Assembly (NCBI GenBank): GCA_900617105.1
Contig: UYFQ01000229.1
Span: 62,001-111,960 of the forward strand
DNA: 49,960 bases
Direction: 5' to 3'
Origin: Hydrurus foetidus
Taxonomy: Eukaryota
In this document: one piece after another, positions 25,771-37,820 of the stretch
Layout: each line of letters begins with the position of its first letter
Numbering within the stretch: position 1 is the first letter of the stretch
The notes under the pieces: model-generated
The model's database searches: none
Seen by the model: only the letters and a program-made list of their open reading frames with translations
What the model was told of the DNA's origin: nothing
Translations under genes and position numbers: made by a program

Positions 25771-26859
25771 GAAAACCCTGACAGAGACACGACGAGCGAG
25801 GAGCGCGGACAAGACCCAAGAGAGAAGTGCGGAGTGCAGCGATTTACCCAGTTAGGAAATTGCCTTAATTGCATTCTTATGTGTGTTACATAATTCTACT
25901 CTCATGAGGATCAGTCAGACCTTATGATACTTACATTACCCTGTGTGTAATAAATTATCTAACGTCACAACTAACACCAACCTCACCATTACCCTACTTC
26001 CCTACCCTACAAAATCATGCTATGATACACCACCTGTGCAACTCCATGTAAACGGAGTATTTTTGAACTACTGCGTTTTCACATCCACATACACCAACCC
26101 GACGACTCACGCCATAGGGGTGTGTCGGAATAACTGTGTGATAAGTAACCGTATAAGTTATTACGTATGTACATTTAATGACGTTTCGTACGTCGTGTGC
26201 CACGTGGAGGTCGCTACTCCACCGATCCAAGTTCTTTTTCCACATCCAGGAACATTAAAAATGAAAGTACACCATGTTTGACTGTGCGGGACAGATCGAA
26301 TTTCTCGACTGTCTCCATGAACGATGTAAGCTACGTTGCATTGTTAATTACCTTAAACATCACACCAAACCCACTTTCGACTTGAGCCCGGGAAAGTGAT
26401 CAGAAGCCAGGTTGAAGTTGCAGAAGGAGAGCGGACCCAGGAAGGATTTAGTTGCCCATTCAGTGGAACTAAAGCGTGGACTCCGACACTGTGTGTACTG
26501 TGTACATAACACATACCGTAAACGTAATATGTCGTGAGAATTTATCAAATAATTATTGGGATCATTCTCAGCCAGGTCCGGTTAATTAATTAATTCTCAG
26601 GAAGATTCTCACCACCCTATACTTTTAATTAATTACATTTTAGGAAGATGCAGAGATGCAAAATCCTTGTTTCGCTGTCACGTGACCTTACAGCTGTAAC
26701 TGCTTCCAACAGGATTTTTTTTGCTGACGCACTTTTAATAAATGAGAAATACATGAAATCATGAGAATTCTTCATCGATTAGGATCAGCGCATAATTAAG
26801 TTGTCAAGCGAATTACACGAATCAAATTTGAAGAAGATATCCATGAAGACGTTAACGGT

Positions 26860-27050
26860 GATACCAGTGGTGTTGATGATGCTTATGGTGATGATGACGA
26901 TGATGCTAATGATGATGATTCTGATGGTGCTAGTGCTGATGATGTGCCACTGCATTGGGCTCTCTAGGTCGGCGTCTCTCCAGACTACAATGATGATGCT
27001 AATGATGATGGTGATTATGGTGCTAATAATGGTGACGATGATTTTAATGC
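26860..27050 (+). repeat. (GAT/GGT)n low-complexity tract
   Basis: Runs of GATGATGA. Confidence 0.7.
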
Positions 27051-27096
27051 AGATTCGCTTGAGTGATCAAAAATATTTTTTTCGAAATTATGAAAT

Positions 27097-27310
27097 AGAG
27101 TGTTTGCGATTTCGGGTTTTTTTCAAAAATGACTCTCAAAGTCGTCTTCTTCAAAGTCGTTTTTTACAGAAAAAAACAAAAAACGACTTCGTCGGTCAAG
27201 AGGGCCGAACTCGTTTTCTGTGGTGCCTTTTCATTTTTTGGGAAAAACGTCTTTGAAGAAGACGACTTTGAAAGGCATTTCTGAAAAAAATCCGAAATCG
27301 CAAACAATCT
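27097..27310. mobile_element. Tourist/Harbinger-like MITE
   Basis: ~65-bp imperfect TIRs AGAGTGTTTGCGATTTCGG... / ...CCGAAATCGCAAACAATCT; 3-bp TSD AAT. Confidence 0.8.
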
Positions 27311-27949
27311 AATCAAGAACAACTTAATCAAAATATTGGAGGTCTTATAATCGCTTAATGGGGGCATAATTAATCTGTTCTTCGAAACATACTCATAATC
27401 TTTATCATAATCTGAATAGCCTCTCGATATCTGACAGCCAAGAAGGATAAAAATGTAGCCAGGTCATGAGTACGCGACGTCATGACTAGAATGACATATC
27501 AAGCGTCCAAAATTTACTGCGAATCGCACGGCGGCACTGATAGAGGCTCCTTCTACCTGATTCCAATTGCTGAGACAACCAACAAAATCTTGAAGCGACA
27601 GCACCCGGATGGACAGTGATGTTAGGAAATTCCTTATTCTACTGTTGATTACTATACGTTGCTGGCAATAGGCTGTAGATTGGACAACCGATCACATACA
27701 CCGTAACATTGAAAACCATCTATTTGAATTTGCACCTTATGCGCACGCCTAGTGCACTTAAAATGTACATACTTTGGTATGCAGTCGTCAAAAAAACAAC
27801 GCTATATAGTGGTTATTGCATTAGCCTATCGCTTTGCTACTGGAGAGGTCGCGGGATCGAACTTTATGTAACTCTGAGTTTGAGTTTAGGTGGTTCAACG
27901 TCCAGAATTATTCTCAGCACTTTTTTTTCTCACTTAATTAATTCCTGTA

Positions 27950-28441
27950 CCGTCGAGTGCCATATGTTTTGTTTTGAAAAAAAAGATTTCGGCAAATCGC
28001 CTTTTTTCGCTGTGAAAATCACTGTTTTTTTGGGACAAATTACCGAAATTCTTGCAAATTTCACTGATTTCCGATAAAAAATGTTTCACGGAAAAAGCTA
28101 TCTCAATCAGGAAGCAATTTCATGCTTATCTGCTGTCATATTCGAATTCTCCGTAGTTTTTGTAGTCGAACGCCTCCTTCAGATGTTTTTTGAAGCTCCT
28201 GCAGATTGAGAAATTTGACGCCGGCGGTACCATGACTGAAACTTTCACTGCGATTTACACCATGATGCGCTTCACGGAGACCTAATGACTTCATATATCG
28301 AAAGGCTCGGAATTACCTCAGCTTTCTCAATTTTGAACCAAACACCACTTTGAAATGCAGTTGGCTCCGTAACTGCCAAAAATAGGGTCAAAATGGTGAT
28401 TTTGGTGGAAAACGGAAAACAAAACATATGGCACTCGACGG
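27950..28441. mobile_element. Tc1/mariner-type MITE upstream of the S15 gene
   Basis: 26-bp perfect TIR CCGTCGAGTGCCATATGTTTTGTTTT with TA on both sides. Confidence 0.85.
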
Positions 28442-28678
28442 TAGTTCTCTCTCATCACGAATTTTCAGTAATTAATTCGTATTCCAAAAAATTCTCACGA
28501 AAACCATTCTCACGACATATTACGTTTACGGTAGCACAGCATGAGCTTTCATCAACACTGATCAGCATCATAATCCTTCTCCTAACACTTCACACCATAC
28601 CACAGGCCACAGATCTCTGTCGTGACAGGCGGTCACATCAACAGCAGCGCTTCGTAATTATCATTTTCACCAAGTGTT

Positions 28679-29238
28679 ATGTTTAGTTCATCTATTCGCG
28701 GTGGTCTGCTGGCTCGGCGTTTAATCTCATCCAGCCCTTTCTGCTCCAAATCAACTCCAACCAAAACTCCTACAATACACAAGATTCTGGACTTTCACGT
28801 TGAGTATCCTCCAGAGCTGGAAGGTGTGTTTTCTCTGGCTACAGCGAACCAAAATGAAGTGACAAAGCACAAAATTTCGCTGGCGGTCGCAAAATACAGG
28901 AAACATCGAAGCGATACAGGCTCGGCTGCAGTGCAGCTTGCAGTCATGACCGAAACGATTTACAACTTAGCAAGACATTTTGCCCTGCACAAGAAAGATA
29001 AGGCGGGACATAGAGGTTTCGAGGTCGATAGCTGAGTTGTTTGCAGTTGTTATTTATGATCCTCAACATATCTTCGCAAACATGAGAAGTTTAACGACAT
29101 ATATCGTATCTCAATTAGATGTTGCTGGCGAGGCGCAGAAAAATGATGAAGTATTTGCGGGACAAGAACTTTGAGGAGTACCGTGAGGTTGTCAAGTCAC
29201 TCCAACTCGAGAAAGAGGCTCTTCACTTGCAGACATAA
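28679..29238 (+). CDS. MRPS15: Mitochondrial ribosomal protein S15 (uS15m); exons 28679-29023 and 29119-29238
   Basis: DTGSAAVQLA...H...HKKD...RG followed by RRRKMMKYLR...Y S15 motifs; Ser/Arg-rich targeting-like N-terminus; GT-AG intron 29024-29118. Confidence 0.9.
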
Positions 29239-29996
29239 AGCCATCTGAGTAGTTGCGGGAATACCAAACGCTGCGCATGTGTTTCACTAAGCTTGTGACT
29301 TAATGCGCCATCTCAAGCATCTCCCGTGTACTATGTATTGGTTGTCGAAGAATAATTACCAAATTGAAAAAACTGGATATTTAATAAGATATTAAGACGA
29401 ATAATGCTGAGATGTGAAGAACTGGCGCGATCATTCTTGTCTATTGCATTAATCCATGTAGGACGGCATCTGCAAAAGTTCGAAGACATCTCTCGCAGAA
29501 ATCATCTAAATGAAAGAGTCAGCACTGTCTACTTCACTTTCTGTAAATCGAGGAGCATTGGAAATGGAGGATCTGAGGCGTCCACAATTGAAGTGTATCT
29601 ACTCCGAGGCATTAGCTGAGATATGCACTATCCTAACAGGATGGATAACGTTTACGAGGGTGTCTTTGTTTTCCCCTCTACTGTAGAAGTGAGCTGCTGA
29701 AGCGAAGTATTGAGCTGACGGATAGTTGAAATGCACCGCACTGTGCCGATACGGGGCAAAATAATATTAGAATCGAATTATTACCAAATCAAGCCCTTCA
29801 GGTGATGCCTAGTTTGTACAGTATAACACAGTCTGAATCCAGATGACGAGACTTGAACGATTTAGTGTGACTCGGAAGGGGCCACATTGTTCAGCATCGG
29901 CATGGAGGAGTTCTTGCGCAGCAGAGACGCCTGCACCTCCTAGATGAAGTTTGTAGTATAGTAAATAAGTAGCCACTGAATAAGGTCGATGTCAAA

Positions 29997-32900
29997 TCAT
30001 TCAAAAGTTGTAGAAACGATCTTCACCATGGCTGTGGGGGCGGCCTCAGTGGGCTTTCTGTTGTGCTGCATGTGGGACCGCACAAGGTGATTCGCAGCTA
30101 GGGCGGCCATCAGAGAGAGCTCTCCTGCTAGCACAGCGGATCCTACAATCTGAGCGAGCTTGCGCGAGTTGTCGCCTGAAGTGCGTTGGAATGATGAAGT
30201 AGATGATGAGCAGGCGGTCATGGCAGCGCACACGGAGATTGTTGTGGGATTGGAATTGATGTTAGCAGAACATGATGAGTGTTATTAAGGTGTGAGAAGA
30301 GGGGCAGCTGCTTACCTGCCATAGCTCCTGGAGCTTTGGATGCACCCCTTACGCCGCAGATGTCGAGGCATCCGGCTTGAGCGGGGAGGTGCGTGCCTCC
30401 TCCCACGGTGCCCACTTCAATGGAAGGCATGGTGACGCTCACGTGCAGACTCTTGCCGTCCTGTGAGAGCGAAGAAAAGAAGGAGAGGAGAGGAGGGGGA
30501 ATATTCAATGAGAAAGAACGTCATTGCCGCGATTTATTTCATACGCGCTAGGGGTGATCTCCCTCACCTCAGCGTATTCCATGATGGTCATGCAGTTACT
30601 GCTTTCAACGTTCTGTGCGGGGTCTTGACCAGTGGCGAGGAACACGGCTGTCACGATGTTTGCGGCATGTGCGTTAAATCCACCGATAGATCCTGTACGA
30701 GTTTAATAATATTTGTAATGAGCGGCGACAAGAAAGGATACATTTGTCGTGGTCAATTCTGTTCAATAGGACGATTTATACAAGTGCGTCCATATCAGTT
30801 TTGAGACGCATTTGACTGACCTGCCATGGCTGAGCCGATGTGATTCTTTTGTTTGTTGGTCTCGATCATGTCATACACGCTGCTCTTCAGTACGTTCTTC
30901 ACGATCTTATCCGGTATCACGGCCTCCACCACAATGCTCTTCCCACGGCCCAAAATCCTACAGAATTCATGAAAAAATTCTATGAGTTTTGGGACTCCGC
31001 GGATTGGTTCGTGTTTGAAGGTGATGTTATCTCATTGGGTGAGAAGGAGAAAAAGAAGGAGAAAAAGTGGAAGAAAAGGAAAAGATGAAGAAAAAAAGAA
31101 TAAGTAAAGAAGGAGGTCGCACCAGTTGATTGCGGAGGGTTTCTTGTCCGTGCACATGTTGCCGCTGATCGCCACGAGCACGAGATCAGGGAATTCAAGT
31201 TCCAAGATCTCTATCGCTTTCAAACAGCCTTTGCTGACCTGTCACAGAATATGTGGATTAAAATATTGAACGCACAGGTATATTAAGCATAACACTGTAC
31301 AGTACTACACTGCATTGATTCGATCTATGTTCTCTACAATGTTGTTTTCAATCCACGCACCATATTCATTCCCATGGCATCGCCAGACATGCAGCAGAAT
31401 CGAAGGTACACATTCCTTCCCGCTATGGTGGCGTCAACGCTGTTGAGACGGCCGTAGTTCGTTGTGGAGTTGAAAGCTTCCTGCAAAGTGTAGAGAGAAG
31501 GAGGAGACGATCAATCAGAAGGGGAAATAATGGTTCTGTCATATACATATACACTTGGCAATTCGCAAGTATCATGTGCTATTATACACTCAGGTGTCGT
31601 GCTGAAGAGTCAACTTACCTCGACTTTCAAGTAGTTCTCAGGACTCTCCACCCATCTCTTCACAGCAGCTGCACGCATAGCGGAGGGCAGTCTGAGGCAA
31701 GGGGCACGGGTGATAGCGTCTTTCAAAAGTACAGAGTGGCAGCCACCAGCAGCGGATCTGAGAAGGAGTATGGGATAGTGGGGATTAGATGGATATCCAG
31801 TGCAACTTGACCTCACATGTTACATATGAAAAGCAGGGGAAGGACTCATAAAAGTGAAAAGTTGACTTACATAGCTTTGCATCCTCTGTTCGTTGATGCC
31901 ACAAGGCAGCCCTCAGTAGTCGCCATGGGAATGTAGACGGGCTGTGGTGCGTATGAGATAGGGAGTTATATTTGAGATGGAATTAGAGCTGTGAGAGTAA
32001 TTACAAATACGTAATTCTTCAGAGGCTGTCAAGCGGAACATTTGAGGTCTGATCAGTAAGTCTTAATATCTATGTGCGATTGACGCTGCTTGCTTGGGGA
32101 ATTTACTACCTCTCCATTGATCGTGAGGGGACCAACAACTCCTACGGGGATGGGCACATATCCGATCACTATCTCGCAGTTCGCTCCAAATACCTGCCGT
32201 ATCCATATCGTAGCAATCATGAGGATTAAGAAAAGGTCTTTGTCCAATTTGCAGTGGAGTTGATGCGATTTGAAACTCTCGCCCAGACCCATACACACCT
32301 TGTTGTAGTCGTATCCTGCGTAAGGAATGAGGTCAAGCTTCTTGTCTAGTAAATGCTCATAAAGTCTTCGTCTCAGACTCACTGCTCTTTCGTAATCGCC
32401 GAGCCTTTTCTCCAACTGGTAATCTTTCAAGGAACCATTGATAAGAAATTCAAATACCTCGTCGTCATTCAGTTCAGCGAAAGCGATCTCGTCGATGTCT
32501 CCGGTCTCCACCTGCGGCTGCTCGGCGCTTAATTTGCAAGCGGCATCGATGGTGGCTGGAGCTCTCTCGACACATATCGCCGTATCGTTGCGTGGAGTGT
32601 GGGAAGCAACTTTTGGTGCAGCGGCCACAGTTACGGCTTTCTGAACTTTCTTCGGCTTCTGAAGGGCTTTCTCTTCTTCGGCATTTCTTGCTGCATCTGC
32701 ATGGCGTTGGAGGTCCGATAAGCCGAAAGTTGACGGTGATTCCGAGATTGCCTCTGTGTCTAAGAATGATATGCCGAAAAAACCAAAGAAATATGCGAGG
32801 CACATTGTCCAAAGCACCATCACGGGAAAGAACATGCTCGTCAGGGGGCTAGCACTTTCGTTTTGTTGATTGATTGTTATGTTCCGTCGATAGTTAAACA

Positions 32901-33119
32901 CCACGTAGGTGATGCTGCCGATGAAAAGCGTCAGAACAACATAGTTTAGCGCTCGCAGCACTCCCCATTTCGGCTGAGGATTCTGGTAAAGTGGTAAAGG
33001 TCCGAAAGTGTCAGGATGAGACTATCTTGTATAATTGCACGACAGAAATTTTCGCCGCGCAATATCTAAACATCTTGAGAGTGCTGATTTACCGAAAGAG
33101 ATTTTCCATTGGTATGCAT
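29997..33119 (-). CDS. HMGR: Class I HMG-CoA reductase, multi-exon (possible extra last exon 29798-29939)
   Basis: [61 protein letters not shown] and GELSLMAAL motifs across GT-AG exons; two N-terminal hydrophobic segments; start exon 33093-33119 tentative. Confidence 0.95.
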
Positions 33120-34543
33120 GATTTCGGAAGTCGACAACGTCCAAATATTCCCCGATGCCCTATGCCCTAAGTTAATTGAAATCAAGTCCGATCAAGTTGA
33201 TCGAGACTGAAAGATGCGGAATTCGCTTCTTCTAGCGGCGACTTCTTATTCCCACTAGCCACTGCTTCGAAGCCTCTCCTATTAAACCTTCCTTGATTCG
33301 ATCGACCTATTACTTGTTGGTCACTTCTACGGCACTCCGTACACACAGCGAACGGCGAATTTTGAATGAATTTGTTTTCACATCCCGATCGATCTACTTC
33401 ACAGAAATTCGTTCCCCTTCAAGCGGTGACGCTGATTCGCTGATTTTTCAAATTTGGAGACCTGGGACCCCGATTTGGGTTTTTCCCTCTTTCGTCCGAG
33501 TCGATTGGTTCCAATCAGTTGAAAAGTCAGCCCCACAAATATTCCCTCGCCTCTAATATCTTGTGCTGAACTCCAACAAATATTCCCTCGCCTCTAATGT
33601 CTTGTGCTGATAACACAGCTTCACGCGAAATTTCAAATGCCGTTTTCATCATAACATCCTCGACCAGAATACTCATTTTTGGTCGGTTTTGCAAGAAATC
33701 AAGAATCTGAAGATTTCTTTTCTTACTTCAGAACTCTCAGAGCTCGCTGATTCTTATTAGACATGCACCAACCACCATCGGAAGAGAAGTTGCATTTCTT
33801 CAGTGATGGTTTCTCCAGTAGAAATTAGAAAATTCAAAATAATGTAATCAAAAATTAAAAATGACCATATTTTGGAAAGGATTCCCCACACGACAGGTAA
33901 AAAGGACCTAACGGTTTATAGGGACAGAACCATTCGCTGGAGGCTTGTTGCTGGATCGTTTTGCTGGAAAATCGGGCTGGGCTGCCTTCTATAGCCCCTT
34001 GCTTTATCCTCAACCGGTTGGTACAACTACGGAGTTGAGTCTACAAAAACTGCTACCGTCTCCGACCCTATTATTTATTGGATTTTTGGTAAACCAAATT
34101 TTTTTTGCTCTGCAAATCACGGATATCGTTTTTAAAATTTGCCACGGATTCATTTTTATCTCCCTTAATAATCAGTTTGGAGGAAAGTTAGTTGCAGATT
34201 CGGATTCAGGGCACTTTCTTAAGTGAAATAGCATACCTTAACTTTTTTTTTCACCAACGATGAACGAAAGAATGCCATCCGAAGAGGCGAAGGACGTAAC
34301 TTTGAGCACATGCAACTCCCCCATTTCTTATCCGAGGCAGAATCTAATTGGTGGAAAAGTTGCGCACAACTACTAGCTATCGATAGAACCAATGTCCGGA
34401 GATTTTTGAATGCTATTGCTTGCAGCGTTGCAATTAAACATACTAAAACATGCTAAAAATCACCATTTTTCGAACACTGAAAGTGCCGATTATGTTACAG
34501 CCGATCAATAGCCGACCTTCCAGAATTAGACAGCTGCGTCAAG

Positions 34544-36256
34544 ATGAGCGCTCGGAGATCGATGGATATGAGAAATTCCTTCAGCTCTGTCAAGAAAAAG
34601 CGTCAGCATTTGGCAAATTTAGCTGTACAATACTATCGAGATGAAGAGAAGGAACAGATGGACAATGAAAAACGTGAGGAGCTTCGCGCTGATCTAGCTG
34701 AGCGCCGTAATGAACGCAAGAGTCAAAATCGGGCGAGGAGAATCGAAGTAGCTCGATCATCGAGAGATGAAAGATCCGATGAACAGAAAGTGCAAGATGA
34801 CATTGATTCAGTTGTTGAGGATATACCTGTCGTTCCAACAATGCCCAAGAATGGCGTCAAGAGGCATAAGAGACCACCAAATTGGGGAGATATTGCCGAT
34901 GAAGCCGAAATATGGAGAAACGATGCTGCCAAGAGAAACTTCGCATCAGACTTCAACGGAGCATCTCAAACTGCCAAGTATCAGAGATTGAATCAATTGA
35001 AGAAGGATTTGAAAGACAAGAAAATTTCATCTGCTTATCAAGGTCAACCATTGTATGGGAGTGAGATCGACTTACTTCTTCTCGCTGACTGTCATGCCAG
35101 GAGGGCTGTAGGACTCCCCATTGACGACGTGATTCTTAGGCGACTGCTTATTGTTCATCTAGCTGCAGCAGGGAAAGAAGAAGAGTTGATTGAGAACGGC
35201 GGGAAGTATCACTACGGACATTCATGGGCGATGAGATTTTACAAGAAACACAAATTGGCAAGCAGAGTTTACACTACTGAAATGAGAGAACTTCCAGGGG
35301 ATTTCGAAGCCAAAAAAGCCACGTACATAATGATCGGCGCAGAGTACAACGTGCCGCCAGAATCGGTTATCAACAGAGACGAAACAACTGTTCTCCTAGT
35401 GAATCGCGCAAAAGTGACTCGCAATACAGTGGGAGCAAAACGTGTGAGGATTTTGGGCATGGGTGAAGACAAGGCTCAGATCACGATGACTATCTTCGTC
35501 ACCGAAACTGGTGATGTCCTCCCGTATCAGATGATATTCTCAGGTACTACTACAAGGTGTCACCCTAAGTCCCTTAAACCTGCCGACTGCCTGTGGACGA
35601 ATACTGCGAGTCGCTGGCAATCTGTCGAAACGTACCTGGAAGTTCTTGCTTGGGCCATTGTTCCTTACAAGAACAATATCATCAGAGCTCTAGGACTCCC
35701 AGCCAACCAAAGAACGATCCTTAAGCACGACTTACATTTTACTCATAAGGATGCCCGTGTCTCGGCTTATTTGAAGGCAAATTTCATTTGCCCACTATAC
35801 GTGCCGGCGGAATACACGGATATCATTCAGGAGTGCGATGTAGTTGTTAATAAGCCGTTCAAGAACGCTGTTCGGGGTGCTTTCAGAGACCACTTAGATA
35901 CACTGTTTCAAACACATTTGGCAGCTGGACGCCCCCCAACAGACTTTGCCCCGAAGCCTACAATGGGTACGCTCAAGCCATACCTCACAGGTTTCGTTGA
36001 GAAGGGAGTTCTAGCGCTCAAGATGCCAGAGATGAAGGCCTGCATAAGAAAATCATTCGCGAGTGACGGTTTCTTTACTGAAATGAGATCATCCGAGATG
36101 CAACTCATGGTGCAGATGGAGGGAGGGGCGACCCTTGCAGAGGAAGATCCTGACATAGAGGGGATCGAAAATGATGAAATCATTGAAGAATTAGACGCTG
36201 ATTCTGATGTCCATGCTAATGTTGAAGTTGAGGTTGATAATGACATTAATGAATAA
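34544..36256 (+). CDS. pogo/Tigger-like DDE_1 transposase
   Basis: SWAMRFYKKH CENP-B-like HTH; NRDET, KAQIT, KHDLHFTH, IQECDVVVNKPFK catalytic region; acidic tail; TIR pair not identified. Confidence 0.85.
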   Translation: MSARRSMDMRNSFSSVKKKRQHLANLAVQYYRDEEKEQMDNEKREELRADLAERRNERKSQNRARRIEVARSSRDERSDEQKVQDDIDSVVEDIPVVPTMPKNGVKRHKRPPNWGDIADEAEIWRNDAAKRNFASDFNGASQTAKYQRLNQLKKDLKDKKISSAYQGQPLYGSEIDLLLLADCHARRAVGLPIDDVILRRLLIVHLAAAGKEEELIENGGKYHYGHSWAMRFYKKHKLASRVYTTEMRELPGDFEAKKATYIMIGAEYNVPPESVINRDETTVLLVNRAKVTRNTVGAKRVRILGMGEDKAQITMTIFVTETGDVLPYQMIFSGTTTRCHPKSLKPADCLWTNTASRWQSVETYLEVLAWAIVPYKNNIIRALGLPANQRTILKHDLHFTHKDARVSAYLKANFICPLYVPAEYTDIIQECDVVVNKPFKNAVRGAFRDHLDTLFQTHLAAGRPPTDFAPKPTMGTLKPYLTGFVEKGVLALKMPEMKACIRKSFASDGFFTEMRSSEMQLMVQMEGGATLAEEDPDIEGIENDEIIEELDADSDVHANVEVEVDNDINE

Positions 36257-36568
36257 GATATTTAACATTTTTTTAAATGATTTTTGTAATTCATACTACT
36301 AAAGAATCGACTTTTCGTAAATCATCAGTGGTGTCCGGCTCAGTCCATAATAAACGGTGGATTATGAGCCCATCCGATTATGAGCGACCCGGTCTCTACG
36401 TTATGGGTCCGTTCGGTAACTTCTGTTACTAATTCCACTGGATTCGTGAAACCAGTGGAAATGAGAAATCCACTGGATTCACTAATCCAGTGGAATGAGT
36501 TTCCGAACGCCACATCATTACTTGCTCCTCAGATGATGGATGATGAATGATGGATGTTGTGGACTGGA

Positions 36569-37238
36569 CTATTGAGCAAGCGTAGGAAGCAGCAGGTTGA
36601 CAATGGATGAAGTTGGTTTCCTAGCTGGGTTCTTCACTGGTAAAGGCTTCACAGCAGGTAACTTCTTCACGGCTGCTGGCTCATCATCGCTCGAGGAATC
36701 GATGTCGTCCGCTCTTTTACGTTTTTGGCCTGAAAGCCATTCTCCGACGAAGTCTGGCTCCGAATCGCGAGCGACAGCTACAGCTACCGGTGGAATTGGT
36801 GTGACCGCTACCGACGACTTCGCGTAGACGCCTGTTGCTGTCTTGCCACCAAAGATCTCCTCCAAACTGTCATATTCAGCTGTCATAGTCAGGCAATGCC
36901 TTATTGCGGAATTGAGCTGCAGAGGGATGGGCAGCAATCATAGCATCCCAGACAGATTTTGAAGCTATAGGTGCATCCGTCCTTGGATCGATACCGAACC
37001 CAGAGTTGTCCATGATAACGGCATAGATGGTGTATTTCTCCTTCAGACTCTTGTACTTTGATTGACACTGTTGTTTGTTATATTTTATGTCGGACGAGAG
37101 GTGAAGTCCGTCGACGATGCGCTTCCAACCATCCTTCTTGAAGCCAGAATCAACCCAGCATCCGCGACCTACTTCAGCTACCATCACTTTGATAAAAGAA
37201 CTAATACTCTCCTCGGTCCAAACGGAACGTTCTGCCAT
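36569..37238 (-). pseudogene. Harbinger Myb/SANT-like DNA-binding protein (frameshift ~36880)
   Basis: WT.E...F...GFKKDGWKRI...QCQSKYKSLKEKY...SGFGID...W, continuing as YDSLEEIFGG.TATG in a shifted frame. Confidence 0.8.
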
Positions 37239-37765
37239 GATGACAACTTTTGTTGTGATGTGCACGCCAATGTCGCGCTTTGTGTATTGCGCAGCTGAAG
37301 ACAGCGAAAATTTTCCCAAAGAGATCCCAGAAAAAGTTGGATATTCGTTCCAGTGGATTTTAGAAATTTCCACTGTCTCTTTCCGTATCGAACGCTCTGC
37401 TGGATTGGTCAATCCAGTGGATTCTAAAAAGCCAGTAAAGCCTGGGGTATGTGGGGGTAATCCAGTATAAGAGGAAGCTACCGAACTGTTGTGATATCCG
37501 GATTAGACTAGGATCTTGTACCCTATGTGATGTATGATTGTTTTCATGCACGGGTGTACGTACATTCAGCGATAACATTGACCGCAACCCTCGCACTCAT
37601 GTTATGCTACCTAGATGTAATCGACAGCATGTCACTGTCGTTTAATCCAACTTACCGAATAGAACGTCTTCTTCTCTTTTGAGCGAGCGTTGCTAGCAGT
37701 CGGAAGTGCAGGGATCGTTTGGGAACTCGGAAGAAATTCCGTGTAAATCGCCCAGATTTCCAACA

Positions 37766-37776
37766 TAAACGACAGT
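37766..37776 (+). promoter_or_regulatory. Self-complementary primer-binding site of Copia E (TAAACGACAGT)
   Basis: Abuts the 5' LTR; exact reverse complement of ACTGTCGTTTA at 37634-37644. Confidence 0.85.
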
Positions 37777-37820
37777 CATCCTTAGATAGATTAGCTAGTA
37801 GTTGCAAAAGAATTGCAAGG

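Larger units (their letters stand above)
20164..26488 (+). mobile_element. Copia LTR retrotransposon D (full length)
   Basis: 366-bp LTRs 20164-20529 and 26123-26488 (~3 mismatches); TSD CTGTG; gag then PR-IN-RT-RH. Confidence 0.96.

Noticed and set aside
26801..27256. Met-rich 151-aa ORF
   Set aside because: Artefact of a (GAT)n tract running into a MITE
33537..33610. ~34-bp tandem duplication upstream of HMGR
   Set aside because: Simple local duplication with no evidence of function
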